From Angustibacter sp. McL0619 (GTDB lineage: Bacteria > Actinomycetota > Actinomycetes > Actinomycetales > Angustibacteraceae), in the NCBI RefSeq assembly GCF_049994355.1, contig NZ_CP188257.1, forward strand, positions 3,643,611 through 3,667,610: a stretch of 24,000 nt of DNA, read 5' to 3'. Below are positions 1 to 7,283 of the stretch, piece by piece. The position numbers and the translations under genes are program-made. The notes beneath the pieces are model-generated. The model was not told the origin of the DNA, did no database searches, and saw only the letters and a list, made by a program, of their open reading frames with translations. The stretch's first letter is position 1; every line of letters begins with the position of its first letter.

Positions 1-1586
1 TCACCGACGAAGAGGGCGGCACACGGCGCGCTGACGGCGGAGTCGACCGGACCGGTCCGCCCGAGGAGAGCCGCCGCCCGGGAGCGCCCGAGGTTCCAGG
101 CCCGCAGCCCGCGCTGGCCGTCCCGTGGCGCATTCCAAAGCAGGCACGTTCGCAGTGGTTCGGCGAGCTGGTCCATGGCAGGCACCGCGTCCGAGGACAG
201 GCCTGCCAGGTACGACACGTCCGGCTGCCGGGCCAGGCCCGCCCGCGTGTCGTACTGGACGATCCGGGCGTCCGGGTTCACCGCCGCCAGGCCGAGCACT
301 GCGGCCGCGGCCGCGAGGACGACGGCACGAGGCAGCCAGCTGGCCCGCCCGCGCAGCCCGGCCGCGATGACCAAGACGAACACAGCCGCCAGGAACAGCT
401 CGGCCGTGATCGCCACCAGCCGCAGCCTGGTCATCCCGAACGTCTCGACGTAGAGGTCGACCCGCCGCAGCGCGGACGCGACCACGCCCAGCGAGGCCAG
501 GCACAGCACATCGAGCGCGACTCGCACCACCAGGCGGTCGGACGCCGTCTCGCGCGGTGCCCGGCGCGCCGCCACGGCCACCACGACGAGCGTCAGCGCG
601 GTCACGACGACGAGCTGGGCGAAGCCGTGCCGGGCGTACTGGGCGTAGGTCAGCCCAGCCGTCCGCAGCACGTGATGGTGTCCGCCGAGCAACGCGCCGA
701 GCTGGACCAGGACGAAGGCCAGCACCAGGACGTCGAGCGACACGACGGGCAGCAGCCACTCCGCCCGGCGGGCCGGTCGACCGGGCGGGAGCGCGAGCTC
801 GGACCAGCTGGGCGGCCGCCGGGACAGGTGGGCGAGCGTGGCGCTGACCACCAGGGCCAGCACGCCGACCACGAACTGGGCGGGGACGCGGCTGAGCCGC
901 GGGATCGGCAGGTAGCTCGCGAAGACCCGGTCGGCCTGGGCCAGCAGCAGCCCGAACACCAGCAGCAAGCACAGCGTGAGCGCCAGACTACGGAGCAGTC
1001 CGGACAGGCGCTCCCGGCGCCCACCCAGCGCTGTGACCACGCCGGACCGCAGCCACGGCACCGCACGCAACGAGGCGGCCGCCGCGCTCGGCCCGCTCAG
1101 GCCGATCCCGGCAACCGTGCGCGCGGCCCCGGCGGCGATCACCGCGGTGCCGACCGCGCCGAGTAGGCACAGCCCGACGACCCAGCCGGCGTCGCGAACC
1201 GCCACCATCGCCGCCAGGGCCACGGACACCGCGGCCGTTGCCAGGTCGAGGCGGCGACCCCGGCGCAGCAGCGCGGGCATCGCGGCGAACCAGACGAGCG
1301 CAGCCAGCACCGCCAGACCGAGGCCCGGGCGGTAGCCGACCGTCAGCGGTCCGGCCACGACGGCCACCGCACCACAGCAGGCCAGCGCCCCGACCGAGGC
1401 GGCCGGACGTCGGTCCGCCCAGAACTCGCGAGCGGCAGTCGTCAGCGCTGACGGCGGGCGGTCGGGCCAGCGCGGCCAGGCAGCGGAGACACCCTGCCCT
1501 GGCACCGGCCCTGCGACCGCGGGGACCGGCCCGGTGAGGGCGTTCGGCGGGATCGAACGGTCGGGAGGTCGCTGTTCGTCGCTCAT
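1..1586 (-). CDS. Polytopic membrane protein, DUF4153/DUF4173-like; 3' end lies beyond the left edge of the window
   Basis: Absent from the supplied ORF track, which only lists ORFs closed by a stop inside the window. Manual minus-strand translation from ATG 1586-1584 gives MSDEQRPPDRSIPPNALTGPVPAV... and stays open for 528 codons to position 3. I checked every tca/cta/tta on the + strand in 1-1586 and none is in this frame. The nearest upstream in-frame stop is at 1698-1700. There is strong G/C third-position bias and many hydrophobic helices. The C-terminal part ...RRVDLYVETFGMTRLRLVAITAELFLAAVFVLV... resembles DUF4153/DUF4173 membrane proteins; this family call is from memory. Confidence 0.75.
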   Translation of the reverse strand, partial: MSDEQRPPDRSIPPNALTGPVPAVAGPVPGQGVSAAWPRWPDRPPSALTTAAREFWADRRPAASVGALACCGAVAVVAGPLTVGYRPGLGLAVLAALVWFAAMPALLRRGRRLDLATAAVSVALAAMVAVRDAGWVVGLCLLGAVGTAVIAAGAARTVAGIGLSGPSAAAASLRAVPWLRSGVVTALGGRRERLSGLLRSLALTLCLLLVFGLLLAQADRVFASYLPIPRLSRVPAQFVVGVLALVVSATLAHLSRRPPSWSELALPPGRPARRAEWLLPVVSLDVLVLAFVLVQLGALLGGHHHVLRTAGLTYAQYARHGFAQLVVVTALTLVVVAVAARRAPRETASDRLVVRVALDVLCLASLGVVASALRRVDLYVETFGMTRLRLVAITAELFLAAVFVLVIAAGLRGRASWLPRAVVLAAAAAVLGLAAVNPDARIVQYDTRAGLARQPDVSYLAGLSSDAVPAMDQLAEPLRTCLLWNAPRDGQRGLRAWNLGRSRAAALLGRTGPVDSAVSAPCAALFVG

Positions 1587-1587
1587 G

Positions 1588-1647
1588 CCACAGAACCTAG
1601 AAGCCACGTAACCCTTGTCGCACAGCACTTTCGGGAAGGTTCTGTGG
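1588..1647. promoter_or_regulatory. 11-bp perfect inverted repeat (CCACAGAACCT / AGGTTCTGTGG) with a 38-bp spacer, ending 1 nt from the start codon of the minus-strand membrane gene
   Basis: Arms at 1588-1598 and 1637-1647 are exact reverse complements and are relatively AT-rich for this genome. A possible -35/-10 pair on the minus strand (GCGACA 1621-1616, 16-nt spacer, TAGGTT 1599-1594) overlaps the proximal arm. Confidence 0.45.
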
Positions 1648-1663
1648 ACGTTCAGCCGTACAT

Positions 1664-1728
1664 GTGCAGGTCTGGTGTGCAGGTCTGGTGTGCAGATCTA
1701 CAGTGCAGGTCCAGAGTGCAGGTCACAG
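1664..1728. repeat. Five tandem direct repeats with exact 13-bp phasing, core GTGCAG(G/A)TC
   Basis: Units start at 1664, 1677, 1690, 1703 and 1716: GTGCAGGTCTGGT, GTGCAGGTCTGGT, GTGCAGATCTACA, GTGCAGGTCCAGA, GTGCAGGTCACAG. The array is non-coding. It abuts the TAG stop (1729-1731) of the MFS gene and lies 78-142 bp upstream of the ATG at 1586 on the minus strand. Confidence 0.9.
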
Positions 1729-3072
1729 CTAGCCGACCGGCGTGGGCATCAGTTCGCGTGCTCGTGCTCGTCGCCCGCCGGGGGTCGGGATGCCCAGCAC
1801 CGCGACGGCGGCGGCCAGGCACAGCGCACCCGCCGTCCACCACGCGACCTCGTAGGAGCCGGTCCGCTCCCGGATCGTCCCCGCGAAGGTCGCGGCGATC
1901 CCCGCCCCGATCATGTGCGACGCGTATACCCAGCCGAACACGATGCTGGACCGTTCGAGTCCGAAGTGGCTGCGGCACAACGCGATCGTCGGTGGCACGG
2001 TGGCCACCCAGTCGAGTCCGTAGAACACGATGAACAGGAACAGGTTGGGGTGCACGCTCGGCCCGAGAAGCGCCGGCACGACCAGCAAGGACAGCCCGCG
2101 CAGCCCGTAGTAGACGACGAGCAGCAGGCGAGGGTCGACCCGGTCGGTGAGCCATCCGGAGGCAACCGTGCCGACGATGTCGAAGATCCCGATCACGGCC
2201 AGCAGGTTCGCGGCGGTCGTCACCGGCATGCCGTGGTCATGCGCAGCCGGCACGAAGTGGGTGCCGATCAGGCCGTTCGTGGACCAGCCGCAGATGAAGA
2301 ACGTGCAGGCCAGGATCCAGAAGGCCGGCGAACGTAGCGACTGCCGCAAGGTGTGCACCGCCAGCCTGGCCGCCGAGGTCGGCTGGCCAGAGGACTGATC
2401 TGTCGGTAGGCCGGCGGGGAGGTTTGTCGGCGGGTCCGGGTCCGGGTCCGCCTGCTCCGCCGCCGCTGCCTCGCCGTAGGCGGTGGAACCGACGTCCGAC
2501 GGCCGGTCCGCCAGGAAGAGCAGGACCAGCGGCACCAGCAGCAGCGCCGCCCCCGCAACCACCCCGGCCGACCACCGCCAGCCGACATGCACCGCGAGGT
2601 AGGCGATCCACGGCAGGAAGATGAGCTGGCCCGTCGCCGAGGCGGCCGAGAACAGGCCGGTGACGAGGCCACGATGGCGCACGAACCAGCGGTTGGCCAC
2701 GATCGCGCCCAGCACCAACGCCATCGCACCGGTGCCCAGCCCGACGGCCAGCCCCCACAACGCGACCAGCTGCCAGGATGCGGTCATCAGCACGGTGAGG
2801 CCGGAGCCGACTGCGACCAGGCACAACGCGCTGGCGACCACCCGTCGGATGCCGAACTTCTCCATCAACGCGGCAGCGAACGGCGCGGTCAGCCCGAACA
2901 CCACCAGGTTGAGCGTGACCGCTGCCGAGGTCAGCTCGCGCGACCAGCCGAACTCGTTCTCCAACGGCTCCATCAGCACGCCCGTGCTGGACCGGAACCC
3001 GGCCGCGCAGAGCAGCGCGCCAAAGGTCACCAAGGCGATCAGCCAGGCACGGTGGACGTGGAAGCGCTTCAC
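1729..3072 (-). CDS. MFS transporter
   Basis: 447-aa ORF with a GTG start at 3072-3070. Multiple hydrophobic helices fall in two halves separated by a Pro/Asp-rich central loop. The N-terminal segment WLIALVTFGALLCAAGFRSSTGVLMEPLENEFGWSRELTSAAVTLNLVVFGLTAPFAAALMEKFGIRR is typical of MFS permeases. The start overlaps the upstream stop (GTGA, 3069-3072). Confidence 0.9.
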   Translation of the reverse strand: MKRFHVHRAWLIALVTFGALLCAAGFRSSTGVLMEPLENEFGWSRELTSAAVTLNLVVFGLTAPFAAALMEKFGIRRVVASALCLVAVGSGLTVLMTASWQLVALWGLAVGLGTGAMALVLGAIVANRWFVRHRGLVTGLFSAASATGQLIFLPWIAYLAVHVGWRWSAGVVAGAALLLVPLVLLFLADRPSDVGSTAYGEAAAAEQADPDPDPPTNLPAGLPTDQSSGQPTSAARLAVHTLRQSLRSPAFWILACTFFICGWSTNGLIGTHFVPAAHDHGMPVTTAANLLAVIGIFDIVGTVASGWLTDRVDPRLLLVVYYGLRGLSLLVVPALLGPSVHPNLFLFIVFYGLDWVATVPPTIALCRSHFGLERSSIVFGWVYASHMIGAGIAATFAGTIRERTGSYEVAWWTAGALCLAAAVAVLGIPTPGGRRARARELMPTPVG

Positions 3073-4634
3073 CCCACCATCTTCGCTGGCTCGGCCGGAA
3101 GACCTCCATCAGACATCCAGCCAACCGTCGACGAAATGGCGCGCGGCCTGCCGGGAGGCTCGTCCGCGCACCCCGGCAGCGACAGTGCTGTCGTCGTCAC
3201 CGACAGGCCCCCGGTCATCGACCAGCTGACCCGTCGCGGCCCTCGACCGGGACCGGCAAGCAGGTCGGACCGCACCAACCGGTGCGTCTTCAGCTGGTGG
3301 TGGCGCCGGCACTTGGGATCGAGGTTCGTCACGGCCGTCGGACCCCTCGGCCACGGTTCGTCGTGGTCCAGGTCGCAGGCCCTGGACTGCCGTGGACAGT
3401 CGTAGAACGAGCAGGTGGCCGCCTCGGCCCGCACGTGAGCCGCGATGGCCGACGTCGGGGCGTACCGCGCAGTGCTCAGCGGGCTCAGGCTGCCGAGCCT
3501 GGGAAGCGCCTGCTGGACGGCGTCGATCAGGGCTGCACGAGTCCACGGGTCCCCTCCTGCAGAAGCGCTGGACAGCGGGACCAGGCGCTGCAGCGCGCCA
3601 GTGTCGTCGACCACCAGAACCTGCAGACCCGTTCCCCCGGCCAGCTGGCGCGAGGCCTCGCGGGACGCGCTACGGGGATCGAGCGGTGCGGGTCGGCCGA
3701 GCCCTCGCTGCTCGCCCAGCGCGCGGGCAGCCGGGCCGTACCGGAACAGGGTGTCGGCGTGCAGGACCAAGCCGATGTCACGCGCCGCCCGCACCGGCAC
3801 CCGAGGCAGCGGGGCGTCGATGGCCGCCCGTGCTTCGGTGGTTTCGGCCAGCGAGTGGCCGCGGATCCGTCGGAACACTTCGACGACCGCATCGGTGCGC
3901 CGTTGGTCCAGCGTGCGCCGCGATCCGTCGGCATCCACCGACGGCAGGCTCGTCGCCAGGTCCGTGACGACCTGGTCGATCATCGCGACGTCGGCGGCAC
4001 CGGCGCGCACCTGCAGCACCCCCATCCCGTCCGGCTCGGCCCACGCGCGTACCTGCCGAGCCGCGAGCGCCAGTTGGCGTCGTCGCTCCGCAGCCGTGAG
4101 GTCGGCCGCGACAACAGCGCGTTCCACCCGCGCGCGCCACGCACGCGGCGACGGGCCCTGCCATGGCCTCTCCCCCGCGTCAGCCAGCACCACGCTGGCG
4201 ACCTGCCGAGCATCCGGATCGGCGAGCACCTCGGTAGCCTGCGCGAGCGCGCTGACCCTGGGAAGGTCGATCCGGCCGTCGCGCAACGCCTGCAGTGCCT
4301 GCGGAAGAACGCGGACGACCCGGTCCGCCAGCACGAGCATCCGGGCCGCCTGCGGCCCGCTGATGCCGAGCGTCACCGACAGCTCCGCCTCGGCCAGCGT
4401 GCAGGCCATCGCCTCTGCGTCGGACGACGAGCTGATGCCGCGGCCACCGCCCGGCACGTCTGCACGGCACTCGGCGAGCAGGGTCGCCACCAGCTTCAGC
4501 TGCTCGGCCTGGCGAGCCGCGATCTCGCCGGCCAGTGAACGGAGCCCATGCGTGCGACCAGACAGCAGAGCATCAGACGGCACGGCCGCCGCAGCGCGCG
4601 TGCCGTCCGCCGGCATCTCCCACCCCTGTCCCAT
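3069..4634 (-). CDS. DUF222 / HNH endonuclease family protein (REP13E12-like)
   Basis: C-terminal HNH signature CSFYDCPRQSRACDLDHDEPWPRGPTAVTNLDPKCRRHHQLKTH follows a long Ala/Arg-rich DUF222-type N-terminal region. The track ORF start at 4757 would overlap the upstream gene by 23 nt. ATG 4634 (MGQGWEM...) or ATG 4616 (MPADG..., preceded by GGGGTGGGAG) is more plausible, so the start is uncertain. Confidence 0.85.
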   Translation of the reverse strand: MGQGWEMPADGTRAAAAVPSDALLSGRTHGLRSLAGEIAARQAEQLKLVATLLAECRADVPGGGRGISSSSDAEAMACTLAEAELSVTLGISGPQAARMLVLADRVVRVLPQALQALRDGRIDLPRVSALAQATEVLADPDARQVASVVLADAGERPWQGPSPRAWRARVERAVVAADLTAAERRRQLALAARQVRAWAEPDGMGVLQVRAGAADVAMIDQVVTDLATSLPSVDADGSRRTLDQRRTDAVVEVFRRIRGHSLAETTEARAAIDAPLPRVPVRAARDIGLVLHADTLFRYGPAARALGEQRGLGRPAPLDPRSASREASRQLAGGTGLQVLVVDDTGALQRLVPLSSASAGGDPWTRAALIDAVQQALPRLGSLSPLSTARYAPTSAIAAHVRAEAATCSFYDCPRQSRACDLDHDEPWPRGPTAVTNLDPKCRRHHQLKTHRLVRSDLLAGPGRGPRRVSWSMTGGLSVTTTALSLPGCADEPPGRPRAISSTVGWMSDGGLPAEPAKMVG

Positions 4635-4734
4635 GCGGACAAACCTAGACAGCGCCACCGACAGCGGGTGCCGCGCACGCACCGACTCCTGTGGACAGAC
4701 CACCTGTGCCACAACGAATCTGGATGGGCAGCCG

Positions 4735-5970
4735 TCAGGCGCGCAGCTGCTCGGCAAGCGCAGGCGCCAGGTCGCCGAGGCCAGCCACCGTGACCGCGCC
4801 CAGCCCGAGCCAACCGGCCAGCTCGTGCAGCTCGGCCGCCAGCTCGGCCGGGGTCTGCACTGGCGCGCCGGACTCGGCCCACGCCGCCTGGACCCGAAGC
4901 ACGCCAGCCCCAGCGGCCGCCTGCCGGTCGGCCTTCAGGTCGACCCGTGCGACCAGGGTGTCACCGAGCAGGAAGGGCAGCACGTAGTAGCCGAACCGCC
5001 GCTTCGGCGCCGGCACGTAGATCTCGATGCGGTAGTCGAAACCGAACAGGTCGAGCGTGCGGGCCCGCTCCCAGACCAGCGAGTCGAACGGGCTGACCAG
5101 CGCCCGCGCCTGCACCCGCCGTGGTCGCCGGGCCTGTGCGTGCAGGTAGCCAGGACGCGGCCAGCCCTCCACTCGGACGGGCACCAGCTCACCATCGGCG
5201 ACCAACGACGCGATCGCCTCGCGAGCGGCGACCGGAGCCAGCCGGAAGTGGTCGCGCAGTGAGAACTCGGTGGCCACCCCGAAGGCCCGGGCCGAGATCG
5301 ACACGAGCTGGCGGTGCGCCTCGTCGTCGGAGGGTGTCGGTGCCGCATACGCCGTCGGCGGCAGCACCCGCTCGGGTAGGTCGTAGAGCCGAGCGAACTG
5401 GCTGGTGCGGCCCGACGAGCTGATCTCGCCCGCCCAGAACAGCAGCTCGAGGATGCGCTTGACCACGGACCAGTTCCAGCCCCACTCGGTGCGGTCTCTC
5501 GGGGCGTCGTGCGCGATCGCCGCCTCGAGCTCGACGGAGGTGATCGGCCCACGGTCTCGGACCTCGTCCAGGATCACCTGGACCAGGCCGGGGTGCTCCT
5601 GCTCGGCCCGGACCATGCCGCCCCAGGCCTCCTCGCGGGCGCGCTCCATCCGCCAGCGCAGCAACGGGATCGTGGACGGCGGGACCAGGCTGGCCGCGTG
5701 CCCCCAGTACTCCACCAGCCGGCGCGGACGACGGTCCCTCGCCCGGTCGAGCAGGCCGGTGTCATAGGGGCCGAGGCGGGAGAAGAACGGCACGTACTGG
5801 CTGCGGGCCAGCACGTTGACACTGTCGATCTGCACGATGCCGAGCCGGTCGATCGTTCGCTGCACGTGCCGCATGGTCACCGGACCCGTCGGCCTCGGCT
5901 CCGCGAAACCCTGTGCGGCCAACGCGATCCGGCGCGCCGAGGCTGCGGAGAGCCTGTCCGGGAGCGGCAC
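4735..5970 (-). CDS. YcaQ/AlkZ-family winged-helix DNA glycosylase (interstrand-crosslink repair type)
   Basis: 411 aa. The N-terminus LSAASARRIALAAQGFAEPRP...VQRTIDRLGIVQIDSVNVLARSQYVPFFSRLGPY is characteristic of the family. Q47-I48-D49 (5832-5824, cagatcgac on the minus strand) fits the Q-hydrophobic-D catalytic motif of the YcaQ-like branch. The GTG start is 1 nt after the upstream stop. Confidence 0.85.
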   Translation of the reverse strand: MPLPDRLSAASARRIALAAQGFAEPRPTGPVTMRHVQRTIDRLGIVQIDSVNVLARSQYVPFFSRLGPYDTGLLDRARDRRPRRLVEYWGHAASLVPPSTIPLLRWRMERAREEAWGGMVRAEQEHPGLVQVILDEVRDRGPITSVELEAAIAHDAPRDRTEWGWNWSVVKRILELLFWAGEISSSGRTSQFARLYDLPERVLPPTAYAAPTPSDDEAHRQLVSISARAFGVATEFSLRDHFRLAPVAAREAIASLVADGELVPVRVEGWPRPGYLHAQARRPRRVQARALVSPFDSLVWERARTLDLFGFDYRIEIYVPAPKRRFGYYVLPFLLGDTLVARVDLKADRQAAAGAGVLRVQAAWAESGAPVQTPAELAAELHELAGWLGLGAVTVAGLGDLAPALAEQLRA

Positions 5971-5971
5971 G

Positions 5972-6511
5972 TCAGCTGCTCGCGCGGTGCTGGAAGTCCC
6001 CGGTCGCGCCGTCGATCCACTCCCGCAGGAAGTCGGCGTGCCCGTTGTGCCGCGCGTACTCCTCGATCATGTGCAGGAACACCCAGCGAAGGGTGACGTG
6101 TCGACCCGAGTGCGTCGTCACCGGCGCGTCCAGGCCCAGCCCGGCGGTCGCGGCCTTGGAAGCGGAGACCTCGGACCAGAACCGCTCGAGGTCGAGGGCG
6201 GGGTCGGCGTCCGGCACCCCGTCGAAGTCCGCGTTGGGGTCCGCGTCGGTGCAGTACACCGGGACAAACGGCAGACCGGCGCCCTGGTAGCTGAACCACC
6301 AGCGCTCGCAGTCCGTGAGATGGCGCACCAACCCGAGCAGGTTCAGCACGGACGGTGGGTTGGCCGCTTCCTTCAGCTGCTCAGCGGTCAGGCCCGAGCA
6401 CTTCCACAGCAGGGTCGACCGATGCTGGTCGAGCCACTCCTCGAGCTGCTCGCGCTCGGCACCGGTGCCCTGGGTGTCCGCCGCCTCGGGAAGGGGTGCA
6501 GTCCATGTCAT
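5972..6511 (-). CDS. DinB-superfamily protein (DUF664 type)
   Basis: This is the C-terminal 179 aa of track ORF 5972..7012, starting at ATG 6511-6509 (MTWTAPLPEAAD...). Motifs match DUF664: LLGLVRHLTDCERWWF and LRWVFLHMIEEYARHNGHADFLREWIDGATG. The N-terminal extension in the track is antisense to the response-regulator gene. Confidence 0.85.
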   Translation of the reverse strand: MTWTAPLPEAADTQGTGAEREQLEEWLDQHRSTLLWKCSGLTAEQLKEAANPPSVLNLLGLVRHLTDCERWWFSYQGAGLPFVPVYCTDADPNADFDGVPDADPALDLERFWSEVSASKAATAGLGLDAPVTTHSGRHVTLRWVFLHMIEEYARHNGHADFLREWIDGATGDFQHRASS

Positions 6512-6549
6512 GGGCCTGATCCTGCCGGAAGCCACCGACAGAGCCTGAC

Positions 6550-7221
6550 TCAGGTCAGGTCGAGGATCTTCTCCCGTACGGCGTACACGACCGCCTCCAT
6601 CCGGGAGTGCAGCTGCAGCTTCTCGAGGATGTTGCGCACGTGGTTCTTGACCGTGTTCTCGCTGATGAACAGCTCCTTGGCGATGTCCTTGTTGGCCATG
6701 CCACGCGCGACCAGCTTGAGCACCTCGAGCTCGCGCTCGGTCAGTCGCGGCACCGGCAGCTGCGGGCGCTCCTCGCTCTTCTTGATCATCGACGCGAACT
6801 CGGTGAGCAGCTTGCTCGCCATCGAGGGACTGATCAGCGACTGCCCGCTGGCCACCGCCCGGATGCCAGCCGCGATCTCCTCGCCGGGCACGTCCTTGAG
6901 CAGGTACCCGTTCGCCCCGGCCCGGACGGCCTCGTAGAGATCGGACTCCTCGTCCGAGATCGTCAGGATGACGATCTTGGTCGACGGCACCACGTCCTTG
7001 ATGGCGGTGCACGCCTCGATGCCCGAGCGCCGAGGCATGCGGATGTCCATCAGCACGACGTCGGGGAGCAGCTCCTCCACGCGCCGGATCGCCTCGGCAC
7101 CGTCGCTGGCCTCGCCGACGATCTGGATGCCTTCCTCGGCACCGAGCACCATCTCGAGCCCGCGCCGGTACAGGGCGTGATCGTCAGCGACCAGAACCCG
7201 GATCGACTCGCCTTCAACCAC
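6550..7221 (-). CDS. NarL/LuxR-family two-component response regulator (orphan; no adjacent kinase)
   Basis: The receiver domain has an intact acidic pocket (VLVADDH, VVLMDIRMP, ILTISDEE, GYLLKD). The C-terminal LuxR HTH reads LTERELEVLKLVARGMANKDIAKELFISENTVKNHVRNILEKL. Start chosen at GTG 7221 (VVEGESIRVLVADDH; GGAGAG lies 12 nt upstream). The track start at ATG 7266 cannot be excluded. Confidence 0.92.
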   Translation of the reverse strand: MVEGESIRVLVADDHALYRRGLEMVLGAEEGIQIVGEASDGAEAIRRVEELLPDVVLMDIRMPRRSGIEACTAIKDVVPSTKIVILTISDEESDLYEAVRAGANGYLLKDVPGEEIAAGIRAVASGQSLISPSMASKLLTEFASMIKKSEERPQLPVPRLTERELEVLKLVARGMANKDIAKELFISENTVKNHVRNILEKLQLHSRMEAVVYAVREKILDLT

Positions 7222-7283
7222 GAGGATTCCCCACTCTCCGTCGTCCCTAGCGGGCGACCTGAGCATTCTGTCACGGGTCGACC

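Noticed and set aside
1-972. 323-aa minus-strand ORF, with overlapping ORFs 627..1166 and 650..1066 at the left edge.
   Set aside because: They are out of frame with the 528-codon open frame that has GC3 bias and a membrane-protein translation. Their own translations are Arg/Pro/Gly-rich nonsense.
1664-1728. Whether the tandem array could be a CRISPR array or a coding repeat.
   Set aside because: The 13-bp period has no spacers, so it is far too short for CRISPR. No cas genes are present. The frames crossing it (track ORFs 1615..2337 and 1644..2033) give repetitive Cys/Arg/Val strings that continue antisense into the MFS gene.
3445-5262. 605-aa plus-strand ORF. Similar very long ORFs occur at 9856..11289, 11670..13472, 20659..22482, 5816..6937, 16110..17387 and 17790..18931.
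   Set aside because: All are antisense or out of frame to genes with clear family motifs. Their translations are Arg/Ser/Pro/Gly/Ala-rich low-complexity strings with no recognisable domain. This is typical of stop-codon-poor alternative frames in ~70% GC DNA.
6544-6559. Small hairpin CCTGAC-TCAG-GTCAGG overlapping the response-regulator stop codon; also weak 5-bp hairpins at 19661-19675 and 19687-19699.
   Set aside because: Stems of 5-6 bp without U-tracts are expected by chance at this GC content, so they are not reported as terminators.
5972-7012. 346-aa ORF suggesting a much longer DinB-like protein; likewise 20060..21382 suggesting a 440-aa GNAT protein.
   Set aside because: Only the C-terminal 179 aa (respectively 198 aa) carry family motifs. 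The N-terminal extensions run antisense through the response-regulator (respectively SpoIIM-like) gene and are low-complexity. Internal ATG starts at 6511 and 20656 give normal-length proteins.
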